Shown here piece by piece: positions 44,672 to 59,707 of a stretch of 64,000 bases of DNA. This DNA is from Hormiphora californensis. Taxonomy: Eukaryota; Animalia; Ctenophora. A model generated the notes under the pieces. It saw only the letters and a list, made by a program, of their open reading frames with translations. It searched no databases and was not told the DNA's origin. The position numbers were made by a program, and so were the translations under genes. Within the stretch, counting starts at the first letter, position 1; each line of letters begins with the position of its first letter. Where the stretch lies: positions 1 through 64,000 of the forward strand of contig CM035352.1 of the NCBI GenBank assembly GCA_020137815.1, given 5' to 3'.

Positions 44672-47652
44672 ATCTAGAGGAGCACGCTACGGAACTGACT
44701 AAAATCCTTATCAACGCATACAAAGAATGCACTCCACTGACCCACATCTCAGCCACCACCAAAGATCCAGTGTGGCTCACGGAGGAAGTCAAGACCGCCA
44801 GGAGGTCCATGATCTCCGCGCTGACAGCAGCTCAGAGCGGTAAAACTCCTCCCTTATGGGAAGAAGCAAAAGAAAAATCAAAAATATACAAAAAACTGAG
44901 AGACCAATCCAAACGCACAGCCTGGCAATCTTGGACAGGCGAAATGGACGCCCTCTCTGACGCTCAAAAAATTGGCCAAGTAATTAAAGATAACCCGGGC
45001 AATAACCTTAGTTGTCTGATCAAGCCAGACGGCTCCCTGACGTGCAGCCCAGCCGAGACCCTGGAACACATGCGGGACTCCCTCTTCGGAGAAGACCATA
45101 GCACACGGCCATCACTTACCCCATTGAAAAATGGATCCAAAGAAGAATGGCCCAGTGAGCATGTCTTCTCCATACCAAGAATAATCAGAGCACTTAAAGA
45201 GTTCAAACCGCTCACAGCGGCAGGACCAGATGAAATCAGACCAATCATGATGCAAAAGGTTGCTCCAGCCTTTGCTACTTACTTCCAAAAGATAGCAATT
45301 GCATCTTTCTCCCTTGGGGTCACTCCTCAGTCATGGCAAGAGGCTGAAGCAATTTACCTCCCAAAGCCAGGAAAGAGTGACTACCGACAACCAAAATCAT
45401 TCCGAACCATTACCCTAGCATCCAACCTCCAGAAGCTTATGGAGAGGCTAGTTCTATGGCACATCGAAGTGGACCAAAAAGTACACAAGAAACTCAACAA
45501 AAACCAGTTCGGATTTAGACGAGGTGCGTCCACTGACACTGCCCTCCACAAAGTCGTCCGAAAAATAGAACACACCCTCATGCACAGAGGAATTGCCATG
45601 GCAACCTTCCTCGACATAGAGGGCGCTTTCGACAACGTGGCCTTCAAAGCCATAGAGAGAGCACTACACAACAAACTAAAAGACAGTAAAACGGCCAATT
45701 GGATTACTTACATGATCTCCAATCGCCGAGTCAAAACCTCACTCTTGGGACACACCCTAGTGTTCGGCCTGACAAAAGGCTGCCCCCAAGGAGGAATCCT
45801 ATCGCCATTCCTTTGGAACCTGGTGATGGACGACCTCCTCAGCCTAAAGAAGGACAAAATTCCTGGTGATCTCCAAGGGTTCGCAGATGATCTCTGCCTT
45901 CTAGCCGCGACAATATCGCCTCCAACGAAAGGCAATGCGGCTGCAGACATCTACCCCCTCAGAGAAGCAACCCAGAAAAGCCTATCCACCATTAGCAAGT
46001 GGTGCAAATCAGTGGGACTCAAGCTCAGCGCTCTCAAATCCCACACAGTAATATTCACCCACCGCCACAACATAAAACTCAGAGAACCCATCAAGGTAAT
46101 GGGTCACGAGATCAAAGCAACCAACCACACCAAATTCCTGGGTGTCACATTGGACTCCAAACTAAATTGGTCGGAACATATTGATACCCAAATAAAGAAA
46201 TGTAAACAAGTCCTATTCCAGTGCAGGAGAGCGGTGGGCCCAACGTGGGGCTTCTCGCCAAAGACCATGCTGTGGATCTACAAATCCATCATACGGCCCA
46301 TGCTCTCCTATGGCGCGCTCGTATGGGCCAATGCCATGCTGACACAGAAAAACAAGATAAACACATCAAGAATCCAAAGACTTGCCCTCCAAGTGGTAAC
46401 TGGAGCAATGTCCAGCACACCAGGGAAGGCGCTTGACATGATTACCCACACCATGCCCATAGTAGACCACCTGAGACAATGCGCCATTAAAACAGCGTAC
46501 ACGCTCAGAGCGGCCAATCAGTGGGAAGGGAGTATAGTGTCGCAGCTACCACAACCAAAAGTATTCACATCCCACGCAAACACAGTGGATGAATGCCTAA
46601 ACCTCCTTCCAGCAGAGTGGGAACATGACCACACCATCCCTCAACTCATCCTCGACCGGGAATACTCCCTGGAGATTCCGGACGCAGAGGACTACAAAGA
46701 AGAGGGAGAGGACGATCACACAATAATAGCTTACACAGACGGTTCCAGAATTGACGGCAACGCCGGCGCGGGCCTCCTAATCCGTGAAAATGGACAAGAG
46801 GCCCACTCGGCCGCTTTCAATCTGGGTGATACCACAACAGTCCCTATGGCCGAAATGATAGCCATCCAAAACACCACCAAACACCTCCTTGGCACAGGAA
46901 CTGCCAATCAAAAAATCCTCATCAATTGCGATAGCCAAGGAACAATCAAAGCACTGGATAGCACCGTATGCAGATCCAAAACCACCCAAAACACCATTTC
47001 CAACCTGAACGCCCTTGCAGTTTTCAACACCGTTAAAATACGGTGGATCCCTGCTCACAAAGGCCACGAAGGGAATGAACTAGCAGACTCCCTCGCTAAA
47101 AAGGGAGCACAAGAGATTGAAAACATCATACGCCCTCCAATCCCGAAGAAAGCCGCCTATGCGGCCCTAAGGGAGAAGACAAAAATGACAACGGCTCCAA
47201 CGGCTCACATGAATCTTTTCTGGAACCCGAACCACGTCAAACAGCTCCAGCACCTGGACCGAAATCACTTGAGAGCGGCAACCCAGCTTCTGACTGGGCA
47301 CAACACACTTAAATACCATTTTCACAAGATGAAACTAGCAAACACTCCAACCTGCCGCCTATGCGGCATAGAAAATGAAACAGCCAAACACCTCCTCACT
47401 GACTGTCCAGCTCTCTGGAAACAGCGACAAGAGAGGTTTGATCGGCTTGGTTTAACCCTCGATGACATCAAGAATGGCTTCCCGATCACCAAGACTGTTT
47501 CATTCTTCATGGATATCCTGAAACAGTTAAACCGGGGGGAAGAGGACTAACAAATCCAAACCCTCAAACCAGGCCGGGGAAAGGAATCTCCATGGTACCA
47601 CCCCTCAATCTCACCTATGGTGGAGACGGCCTAATAGAAGAAGAAGAAGAAG
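44672..47652 (+). mobile_element. 5'-truncated RT-RNase H LINE (R1/LOA-like, I group)
   Basis: (AAG)n tail at ~47635-47652; inserted at GAAG of the host ORF1. Confidence 0.85.
44770..47550 (+). CDS. Reverse transcriptase plus RNase H plus C-terminal CCHC knuckle (APE domain missing)
   Basis: AAGPDEI, KPGKSDY, FRTITL, QFGFRRG, FLDIEGAFD, GCPQGGILSP, FADD; YTDGS, AEMIAI, CDSQ, WIPAHKGHEGNELAD; CRLC...ETAKHLLTDC. Confidence 0.95.
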   Translation: MWLTEEVKTARRSMISALTAAQSGKTPPLWEEAKEKSKIYKKLRDQSKRTAWQSWTGEMDALSDAQKIGQVIKDNPGNNLSCLIKPDGSLTCSPAETLEHMRDSLFGEDHSTRPSLTPLKNGSKEEWPSEHVFSIPRIIRALKEFKPLTAAGPDEIRPIMMQKVAPAFATYFQKIAIASFSLGVTPQSWQEAEAIYLPKPGKSDYRQPKSFRTITLASNLQKLMERLVLWHIEVDQKVHKKLNKNQFGFRRGASTDTALHKVVRKIEHTLMHRGIAMATFLDIEGAFDNVAFKAIERALHNKLKDSKTANWITYMISNRRVKTSLLGHTLVFGLTKGCPQGGILSPFLWNLVMDDLLSLKKDKIPGDLQGFADDLCLLAATISPPTKGNAAADIYPLREATQKSLSTISKWCKSVGLKLSALKSHTVIFTHRHNIKLREPIKVMGHEIKATNHTKFLGVTLDSKLNWSEHIDTQIKKCKQVLFQCRRAVGPTWGFSPKTMLWIYKSIIRPMLSYGALVWANAMLTQKNKINTSRIQRLALQVVTGAMSSTPGKALDMITHTMPIVDHLRQCAIKTAYTLRAANQWEGSIVSQLPQPKVFTSHANTVDECLNLLPAEWEHDHTIPQLILDREYSLEIPDAEDYKEEGEDDHTIIAYTDGSRIDGNAGAGLLIRENGQEAHSAAFNLGDTTTVPMAEMIAIQNTTKHLLGTGTANQKILINCDSQGTIKALDSTVCRSKTTQNTISNLNALAVFNTVKIRWIPAHKGHEGNELADSLAKKGAQEIENIIRPPIPKKAAYAALREKTKMTTAPTAHMNLFWNPNHVKQLQHLDRNHLRAATQLLTGHNTLKYHFHKMKLANTPTCRLCGIENETAKHLLTDCPALWKQRQERFDRLGLTLDDIKNGFPITKTVSFFMDILKQLNRGEED

Positions 47653-47789
47653 GATTGTAACGAGTGTATAGGAGTAGATTGGACTATTCCATTTTTGAAT
47701 AATGAGCTTAATTTCAATTATGAACTTTTCTCAAATGATGGAGTACATCTGAATCCTAGTGGATATAATGTGCTTAATGAAATAGTATA

Positions 47790-48568
47790 GGGTAAACCGG
47801 GGCAAAATGGTTAACTTTTTACTTAATCGGTTCTCACTCCCATTTAAAAAAAGATACAATGAAAAAAATTATATAGGATTAAAGTTCATTATTTTATCTT
47901 TCAAATAAGATAAATTTCAACTATAGGGACCATCATTTACTTAACTAAATAACTAATTGAAAAATTTTGGTCGGAAAAATTGGTACCGGGGCAATTCGAG
48001 CATCACCAATAGGAGTGCTTTATTTCGTCACGTGGGAGTCACGTGAACGTCCTCACAACACCAGAAGAAGATTCCCGCCTGGTGTTGTTAGAGGTGGGGG
48101 CAATTCGAACAATGTAATCTACACGCAATCTACACGCTGGTCGTTCTTGCTCGAATTGCCCCGGTATCACGCGTGATCACGTGGTGCAAAGAACTGTACA
48201 TCATTGGCCCGGGAGTTAACCAAATTGCCCCGGTGTGTTAACCAAATTGCCCATGTTCGAATTGCCCCGGTTGTTCGAATTGCCCCGGTAATCTTAATTT
48301 ACCAGAATTTGGAATGAAAACATGCGAATATTTAAATAATTTTTATACCATCTGAAAGCTGATATTATTAGCTTTCAGCTGGTTTTTTCAAATCGGAAAT
48401 TGACCAACTTAAACCGGATCTAGAGCCTATTTAGTGGTAACGGGCAGGCTCGAACGAGCAGTTTTCTTCTGGAGATAGGATGACGTCATTATGATAGCTT
48501 AACTAGGTGAGAGACGGGCAGTACTATGTTCGAATTGCCCCAGTTGTTCGAATTGCCCCGGTTTACCC
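47790..48568. mobile_element. TA-flanked MITE, GGGTAAACCGGGGCAA family (copy 2)
   Basis: Removing it plus one TA restores the ORF1 frame. Confidence 0.92.
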
Positions 48569-51253
48569 TATGAAGAGTTGATGGAGAATTATATTTATTG
48601 ATTTAATGATAACAATAATATTAATATGGGGATATTTTTGGGCTGTGTTTTACTGATTTTCATTGATCTCATCCCCTGACTCCCAAATCTAACCCTAAAC
48701 TCTAAGCCCATCCCTAAACTCCAATCGTAAACCCGAATAAATGATCAGTGTCGAACAGTACAGAAAAGCTATTGGGGGGTTTGCGGGGGGTTTGGCTGGG
48801 GGGAAAAGGATAAAAATTGACAACACCGACAATAATATTAATAAAAGACAATACAATTGTATTCATTAATGAAACGACAGACATACTTATCTACCATTTC
48901 ACCATATACATTTGTTACACAATACTAATGATAGCTCTTTTAGGATTAATGTTCAGGAGCACCCCTCCAAGTGTCAAGTTCAGGAACGAAGGACAATTTT
49001 GGTTTGATATTAACTTTCCGTATATCTGGTATGCTAATTGTGTACTATTGCTATTCCTAGTCAAAGGTATGAGTTCTAGTAAATATACATATGTATGGTA
49101 TAAAAAACTCAGGCTCGTATGCATTACTATGCTCAAAGTTAGATGCCGATATACTATACTCGTAATGTTTGTTACATCATTAGCGAAAATGCTTCTACTG
49201 AGAAGCCATCCAGATATTATTAATCCAGGGCCTGATAAAACGTTGAAATTAGTGTATTGTAATGTTAACGGTCTTATAAAGATGCACACAATAGGTGGAG
49301 ATCAGCCTGAGTTTCAGGTCTCTAAACTCAGGGATCTAAAAGCATACTTGTTTACCTACTCGCCCGATATTGTTGTTCTAAATGAAACATGGCTGAATAA
49401 ATATATTAGTGAAGGAGAGCTTATATCAGACAAATATTACTCTATATTTCAAAAGGACCGCACTGAGAAGGATATGAAAACTTTTGGTAAAAAAGGAGGA
49501 GGTGTCTTAATACTCTGTAAAAACAATATTGGTGTTGAGACGGAGATAGTTAAAACAAAAACTGATCTACCAATAGTTACTATTCTTCTAAAGCATAAAA
49601 ATACAACCCCGCTTTGTATCTCTACATTTTATAGATATGATTATTCTGGATTAGAACACTTCAAAGAGGCGGAACGTTACTATACCAATCTAGCCAAGAA
49701 GTTTAAGAATCTTACCATTATAGGGGACTTAAACCTAAGTTCGGTAGATAACTGGGACGTCCCAGTGTCAAACAATAGTACTTACGAAAGTTTTATTAAT
49801 CTATTCTCATCTCTGGGCCTAAAATCCTTAGTTAATATACCAACACATAGGGACGGAAATATTCTTGACCTACTACTTACTAACATAGATACTGCCTATA
49901 CTAATGTTTTGCTCGAAGAGAATTGTCTTGTAAAGTCGGACCACCTTACACTAAAATGCGAGATAAAGTTCAAGAAATCACGCCCTAAGTATAAGAATTG
50001 TAAGAAATTTTCCTATAGAAAAGCTGATTGGGACTCTCTAAATAAAGAGCTCTTAGGAATTGACTGGTTAGCACAGTTCAAGGATCTGTCAGCGGAGCAG
50101 TCCCTGCAAATCTTTAAGTCGAGGTTGGACATTGCACTTCGTCACAATGTGCCATTAGTCAATGTAAAAATTGGCTCACAACCACCCTGGTATGATGAAG
50201 AGCTACGCCAACTTAAGAAATCGTTTGATAACTCTAGAAAAACCTTCCTAAAAAATAAAGATAGTATTGTAGCTAAAGAGGAGTACGAACTCAAAGAACA
50301 TCAATATAGAGCACTTGCAATTGAGAAAGAAACATCCTTTCTTGAGCTCTCCTCTATTATAGATGAAGACTCACCAAATGCTAATGTATCTAAGAAATTT
50401 TTTAAACACGTTAAGTCCAAGACAAATAGTACTAGAATTCCTGAGACAGTACATTTTAATAACAATTACAGTTCTGTGAGTCATCGTAAGTGTGAAATGT
50501 TCAATGAATTTTTCTGTAATCAATTCACTGAATCTAGCACTTACCAAGAAACTGTGGATATGGATAGAGATCACACTACTGATTTTAACTTTGAGAAATT
50601 TAGATATGATGAGATCCTAAAAATTCTAAAAAAGTTGGATGTATCAAAAGCAACAGGTCCAGATAATATTGATGGTGTTGTCCTTAAGAAATGTCACAAA
50701 TCCTTAGCTTATCCACTTACTTTTATATTCAATAAATCATATACAGAGGGATGTATACCAACAGAGTGGAAAACTGCGAACGTTGTCCCAGTTCACAAGA
50801 AAGGGGATCGTTCATGCGTTGAGAATTATAGGCCTATATCCCTGACTTGCCTTGTTATGAAAGTGTTTGAGAAATTAGTAAGAGAACGCCTATACAAAGC
50901 TTGTTTAGATAAAATAACTCCCTATCAGCATGGTTTTGTACCCTTTAAGTCATGTACGTCGCAGCTGATTGAATTTAATTGCGAATTAGCGCTTAACATA
51001 AATAACCGATATCAAACAGACATAGTTTACTTTGACTTTCAGAAGGCCTTCGATAGTGTATCACATGACGTAATTATAAGAAAATTAAAAAATGAGTTCA
51101 ATTTAGAAGGTAAGATGTTGCGTTTCCTAATAAATTATTTATCTGGTAGGCAACAAAGGGTTGTGCTAGATGGGGATTTTTCAGAATGGGTAGAGGTCAG
51201 GAGTGGAGTTCCACAAGGCTCAATACTAGGGCCTTTCTTGTTTGTGTTATTTA

Positions 51254-52490
<1,237 letters not shown>

Positions 52491-55057
52491 TAAATGATAT
52501 AGTTAATGTTGTAAGAGATGATGATCTAACTAAAATTAGGCTATATGCAGATGATCTTAAAATATGGCGTGTTATAAATAGTGAAGAAGATAGTTTGCAG
52601 CCCGACATCGATAGTTTAGTGCAATGGGCTAACGATAATAAAATGATATTCCATCCCAACAAGTGTAAGCTGCTTAGATGTACATTAATCGACATCAATT
52701 AAATTATCGCTTAGACAGAAATGAAATTAAATCATGTGAAAAAGAAATTGATCTAGGAGTCTCAACTAACCACAAATTATCGCCAATATAACACCAGAAA
52801 ACTGTTGTTTCCAAAGCTTCTCAAAGATTAGGACTGGTTAAATGTCCACTTAAAAAGAAGAACCTCTACATTAGTCTAGTTAGATCTTTGTTCGAACACT
52901 GTAGCCAAATATGGCGACCAGTAAGTGATTCAAGTCTGCTTAAGTTTGAAAGTTTGCAGAAACGTGCCACAAAATGGATATTAGGTGAAACAGACACTAG
53001 TTATAATTTAGAAACGTATGTAAAGAAACTCAGGGAGATTGGCGTACTCCCAATGACTCAAAAATTTCAATATAATGATCTTAAGTTGTTCCATAAAATA
53101 TTCTATGAAACATCTCCTATAAAATTTCCATCTTTCCTACAAAAATACGATCCGGAATCACATCTCAGACGCACCACCAGACAACAAACGAAACGAGACA
53201 GAACGAACATTATATGCATTGAACAACCCAGAGTGGACCTGTTCAAAAACTGTTACTTCTACCGCTGCCACCTTGAGTGGAATTTACTGCCTCAAGAACT
53301 GAGAAATACAACCGAACACAATTTATTTTCCTCCAAACTGAAAGACCATCTCTGGAACGCCTTACATGACACAACTTAATTCGCCTCTGTGGTGGGGGTC
53401 CCTTTCTCTTCCTTTATTTCTGCGGTATCTCTCCCACCTCCACACAGCTCATTCTTTACATTGTACTCAAATATGAGGTTTGGAGTGGTGTTGAACAGTT
53501 TGAAACAGGACAGGCGCCCCCACCACAGATATGAATTCTATCTGATATAAATCTCTACCAACAGCCGACGGTATACTAAATTTTGGATGGGGATCATGGG
53601 GGAGGGGTGGGGGACTAGGAAAAATGGGCAAGGGTAAGTAATTATTTTTATCATTAATGAGTGAATCAAAATTAACCAACTAGTCTAATGTGAATAGCCT
53701 TATAGCTATTTCTATTTTTATTTAGCTATACTATATTAGTCTGTTTGTCCGTAGTGTGCGAGAACTGTCTGTGTAATCGTAATAGTAATTTGAGGTGTAA
53801 GCGCTCCGTCTATATATTGACACTCCGTCAATAGGAGCCAACCGGGATATTGTCTTTATATATTGTATATCGATTTTTATCCTTTTTCAAATCAAATCAA
53901 ATCAAGCTTTAATACAAGGTACACCACTAGACCTACCGACTCCCAAAGTTTCATGGTGATAGCTTTAAAACTGTGTCCTCTATTAAGTACGCAAAAAAGT
54001 GGTTATTTTACGGTGGTTCGTGACGCGAAAAACGGACATTTTGTCTAAAACACGACCCTCTGTAGCGTAAAAACCGTAACTCCGATTTGCATGAAATTTT
54101 GAACGTGGGCTCTAGGTGTCAAGGCAACACAAACTACCAAGCGGCAAGTTCGTAGGACAACGGGAAGGTTGTCTAAAACAAATTTGAAATTGCCGATTTC
54201 AGACAATAAGTATAGTAGCGCTGTCAAAATTTTCAAAAATTTTCAAAAAATTCAAAAATTTTTTTTTTCGCAATTTCGATTTTCCATTCAATGGAAGCAA
54301 GAATGCTTGGAAAATGGACATTTTTTCCCTGCCCGGGTGAATGCCGAAGGCATTCACCCGGATGCCTTTTTACTTTGTAAAAAGGCATAGCAGGGTTAGA
54401 ATTCGAAAACGACATTTTGGTATACTAACTAATCGGTAGAGGGACCATTTTGGTCACACTTTTGTTGCGAGGGCAACGGTGTAGCAACTAAAGCCGCGCA
54501 CACAGTTACGAGCTGCTCCTTCATAAACCACTTCATTGGCACGTTTTCAGGAAATGTGTGGCGCACAATGTGGCGGCGTGGCGCGCAATTTAGTGCTACT
54601 AAAACACAAGGATTTGCTCTATACTGTTTGTGTGATATAGATGATCGGGATTTTGTGTCCCGCTTGCTGCTACAGCGGATCTAGTCATGATTCCTTTCTT
54701 CATAGATTCACATGGCAGGGAAATTCAGCATTATGTTAGAACATAATGCAAATAATTCTTGTTTAGGGAAATGCTGCGACACTTTTCCAAAATTCTCGCG
54801 AAGAGCGAAATTTTGAAAAAATCAGGTTGTTTCAAAGTTTTTTGAGGTAGGCTCATTGGTGGTTGGTCCTATCAGGTTAAAACCGGTACTACGTGAAAAT
54901 TCAGACAAAACTGTTCGACCTACTCTTCACCGATTTTTGAGATCAGCCCTACTTCCAGAGCTATGGCGATTTCAAAATATTAGGTCGAAAAGACGTTTTT
55001 TTGAGGTCACTTTTTAGATTTCTCTAGTTTCACCTGTACTTGCTCATTTTTCGTCTA

Positions 55058-56531
55058 CAGTCGGACCCCGATTTAACGGCACCCTCGGGGGAAAGGGTTT
55101 TGTCCGTTAAATCGGGGTGTCCGTTAAATCGGGGTAGAGCATATTTGGCCCTATAAAACCCTATTTTTGTCCAAAATGCTATACTAAAACACCTCTAAGT
55201 GTTAAATGCAATGTCCATGTATTGATTACATGATCATTTCTGATTAGAAAAAGAAAGTAATTTCAAAATAATTTCAAAATAAGTTATAAAAATTTTCTAA
55301 GGGGGACCACATACAGCACTGTACTGAAATTCGCACCGCCGTATGTGGTGCCTCAAACTTCAGTTCTCACTAGCACATACAACACTTTCGGTGCAAACTT
55401 CAGTACGCACTGCGGTATGTGGTGCCTCTTACTGATAAATATCGGTGGGACTATCAGTACACAATCTCACGTGAGCTTAGCTCAGAAAAGATCAGTACGG
55501 TGCTGTATGTGCTCTTCGTACTGAACTGAAAGGTCACGTGGGGGTCACGTGCGCGCACTAGCCAATGACAGACCTGCATCTCACAATACACACACACACA
55601 CCCACACCACAGCAACCAATAAGAGGCGCACGCACTCTCACTACGACAGAAAGGGCCACACCTAGAACAACGGCGAGATTATCCGACATATCGAGAAAAT
55701 ATGTGCTGCAATCGGGAGAGATAAGAGAGAGATAGGTGGAGATAAACATAACAAGAGAGAGAAAAGGAGGTAGAGAGAGTTCGGTATTATAATTAGTGAG
55801 AGGAAGATATTTCACAAAAAATTACGTGTTTTTAGCTTGTTTTGAAGGTTTTTTATTGATTGTTCAGTAAGAGGCACCACATACACTCACTGTACTGAAG
55901 TTTCCACCGACAGTATGTGGTGCGACGTTCTGGAGTTCGCACCGGTGCTGTATGTGGTCCCCCTAAGGTACTATATCAACCACGTCCGAATCGTTTATCG
56001 AATCAGTGCATCTTATCGCATGTCTTGCTGCTAATTAGACGAACCGATACGTGATACCATGCCGAATCGGGGCACTTTAAGCGGCGTGAGGAAGAATTTG
56101 AATTTCAAAATATATTTTTCTCTGAAAATTCATGGGGAGCACCGATCAAAGCATTGACAATCATTCTGTAAAATTTTGCAAAAAAAAGTTATGAAAATTT
56201 TTCAAAGGTATATCAACCACGTCCGAATCGTGTTTCGAATCAGTGCATCTTGTCGCACGTCCTGTCGCTAATTAGACGGTTCGAAACGAACCGATACGTG
56301 ATCCCCATGAGGCCAGTTTAACAAGCGTCAAAATTGCGATTTGATGGGCCTCATGGGGATCACATATCTGTTCGTTTCGAACCGTCTAATTACCGGCAAG
56401 ACATGCAATAAGATGCACCGATTCGAAACACGATTCGGACGTGGTTTTTCAAAAAATTTTTGGGGGAAATTTATCCTGCCGTTAAATCGGGGTGCCGCTA
56501 AATCGGGGGCCGTTAAATCGGGGTCCGACTG
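55058..56531. mobile_element. pogo-like MITE (CAGTCGGACCCCGATTT family) with nested element
   Basis: TA flanks; similar to 35204-36061. Confidence 0.92.
55301..55963. mobile_element. PIF/Harbinger (Tourist-like) MITE
   Basis: GGGGGACCACATACAGCAC TIRs; TAA TSD; empty site seen in the 35204 copy (TTTCTAAGGTAC). Confidence 0.9.
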
Positions 56532-57285
56532 TAGTTTTCACCTAGACATAGACAATTAAATTCTCTAAACGATGTACTTTGTTTCAAGTCGCTAACATAA
56601 AAACAAACTGAGCAGAAAGCAATTATTTGCATGTTGTCATTTTGTGCTAGTCGTTTGTGCGGAGAATTTCAAAACGATGCGACACTGGTGACAGACCCTG
56701 TTTAGGTCGCCTTATATTTCTGTAATAAGGTAGTCGTCACCAATAATACAATATGACGGAGCACCATTGCAATTGTCACTTTACATCTTTTCACCGCTCT
56801 ATATCTCGATATTTCCTAATTTTAGACTTAGTTCAGAACAGAATGCCGAACGATATAGCGTACTCACAGAATCAAGGAGCATATGAATTGTTTCATAAAA
56901 CTTGATGTCACAATGATTGAGACTCAATCGATCATTATGTCTCTCAATCTCGACCCGCTTGACATTTTTCGATAATTCCAGTTCATCTAATACAGGAAAG
57001 AAGTCGTGTTTGTTCCCCGCAATACACAAACCGCACACAGTAACAGCAATGCACATTTCACTATTTTCTAACGTAGTCAGGTTAACAAGAGGAACACCAT
57101 AAGACGAGTCACGAACCTTAACATACTTGACCTAAACAGGAAGAAAAGATTAGCATTCGTCATAAGTGGCAAATACTGATTAACGAAAGTCGTACTATAA
57201 TTTCTTTTTTCCCCCTAAAATTTACTAACCCCAACACCGATTGGCATCACTTTCCAACAGCCGAAGAGAAGCTGGCGAAGAGAGA

Positions 57286-57324
<39 letters not shown>

Positions 57325-59707
57325 TATATAATAGACGTAATTATACCAAAACTAATTGAAATTAGTAGACCGGAAAGGTTGCCCTATGATTTGAGCTACC
57401 TTTGCCACCATAAAATTCACGGGGTGCATACAGGGTACAGATGCTTCGTCTCTCTTCAAAAGGGAATGTACTGGTACCGCGTGGCCCAAATTAAAGGGAG
57501 GGTACGTTGGCCTTCTTTTCACCCAGAAGTTTAATTTCAATCACTCTGATATTTTGACACAATGTCTGCATGGGAACTCATTCGAGGAATCCGAAGTTTC
57601 AAATCATAAAAGTTGAAAGTCCATTAATGAACTCAATTTTTCATTTTTCGGGGTTTTTTGAGGTTTTCTCTTGATTAAATTCGATTTCATTATTTTAAAA
57701 ACCGCCATACAATAGAGCAAGTATCAACAAATGGCAATCTGAATTTTTATTAAAATTGAATCAAGTTTAGTGGGTGAAATAAGTTATTCAAAGATGATAT
57801 TTTTTACCAAACATCGATTTTGACCTGTCTATCTATCTATCTATCTACGGAGTGCCTGGGCTTGCCAACGGCAAGCCCACAAGGGACTATCGCAAAGCGA
57901 TTTCGCCGGCACTAGGAGAATAGCCCCCCTCCCCTCCCCCACCATCAGGAACTGACCACAGGACAGGTTCCATTATAGGTGGCTTCGGGTTCGGGAGGCT
58001 AAACTCCTTAGAGAGAGTCGCAGGATCTTGGTTCTTCTTTCCTGAGTCTTGGATCTCCTTCGAGAGTCGCAGAATCTTGATTCTTCTTTCTGTGATTCTT
58101 GGCTCCGTGGCTCTATCCCCCTGCGACAAGAGGGGATGTCGTTTATATTCTTTAGTCTCGATTAGCTTGATAGCTACCGCGATGTGGTTTATTATCGTTT
58201 TACATAGGTTATTGTACGAGGTTTTGCCTCCGTTTTTAGGATTTTAGGTCACCCGCATATTAGGTGTTTGGGGTTTCATTATTATAGTATTATAGTATCT
58301 TGAATTGGTCTGGCATATGGTAGGTTTACATTGCATTATAAGTGGCAGGACGGGTATTGTACGTATTATATGTGTAATGTGAGACCTATCTGTCTGATTA
58401 GGACCAATTAAGTCCGATTAGGTTAGAAGGCTGAACTAGCAAGGATTTGTTCTCAGTCCACAGTTTTGTTTAGTATGTATATATTGGTGGTGGGCGGGGC
58501 GGTTCGGGGCGGGTGGAGGGTAGTAGGGATTAAAAAATATCGGAGGTTTATTTTAGATCTAGATCTTGAAATTGTTATTCAACCAGATAGTATTTACTCA
58601 ACAATTAGTATCTGTATGCCTGCAGGAGCAGCGTACCTGCAAAGCAGTATCGGGGGAGTAGTAGACAATTGTGTGTTTTTTTGTGTATTTCTGAGTGTGT
58701 TTCTAAGTCAAGTGTTTCCAGTGTTTTTTAGTACTGAGGTCTTAGAGCGTTTCTCCAAGTGTTCTAGTGCTTTTTCTAGTGTGTTCTAAGCGTTTTTATA
58801 TTTATTTGTTAATGCTTGCCGGCCTGCCTCTTTTTTGTGTTGAGTTTTTTTCAAAACCCCGGGCTGTTTTTCAGACTCATTTGTTTCCAGTATATGTGTG
58901 TATGTGTGTGTCTTTTTTAAGTGTGATCTAAGTGGTTTTTATATATTTGTTACGGGATGGAAGTTTCTATTTTTTATGAGTTTTAATTTTTTGGGCGTAC
59001 CCAGGGCTGTTTCTTTTGTAGACGAATTGTAGAGATAATTTATTGATGACCTAATTTATTGATAAAAGAAAGAAAGAAAGAAAAAAAGCAAAAAAAAAAA
59101 AAAAAAACAAGAAAAAAAAAAACAAAAAAAACAAAAAAAAAAAAACAAAAAAAAAACAAAAAAAAAACAAAAAAAAAACAAGAAAAAAAACAAAAAAAAA
59201 ACAAGGAAAAAAAATCCCCTACCTACCCCCCCCCCCTCCTTGGTGGTGTCTCAACCTATGATTCTGGGCGTCTGTTAGTTCCACTAAATATTCTGATTCA
59301 TAGTTTTGTCCTTTGTCTTGTCCTTAGTCCTGTCTGTTGGTCTGCTGTTTTACTGTCGATCTATTACCCATCGGTTGTTTCCTTTCACTGTCAGTGCTGT
59401 TGTCCTTTCCACTGTGAGTAGTACCCAATCTAGGCTTGAGACACTAGCCGTCAACCTTGGGAGCAAATAACCCTCCCGAGGAATATACCTCCTCAGAAAA
59501 CGTGTTGCCGATATTCACGTTCATGCCTGATCAATCACCCATAAGAAAATCACCTCCTAATCTCACCATACGCCGAAGATAAAGGACCGCTCTAGGAGCA
59601 GGCATCTGGTTGCAGTCACTGTTTTTCGGAAAGGCGGACCATTTGCATATTACAAACTGTGTCAGAGCGGGATATAAACTGTTACTATTATTATTATTAT
59701 TATTATT

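Larger units (their letters stand above)
44105..48601 (+). pseudogene. LINE ORF1 with SGNH/GDSL esterase domain (pieces 44105-44671, 47653-47789, 48571-48601)
   Basis: LLGTSMTK, VSGARL, FGTNDI, then after the insertions ...MLK|DCNEC...FSNDGVHLNPSGY...IV|YEELMENYIY* in one frame. Confidence 0.8.
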
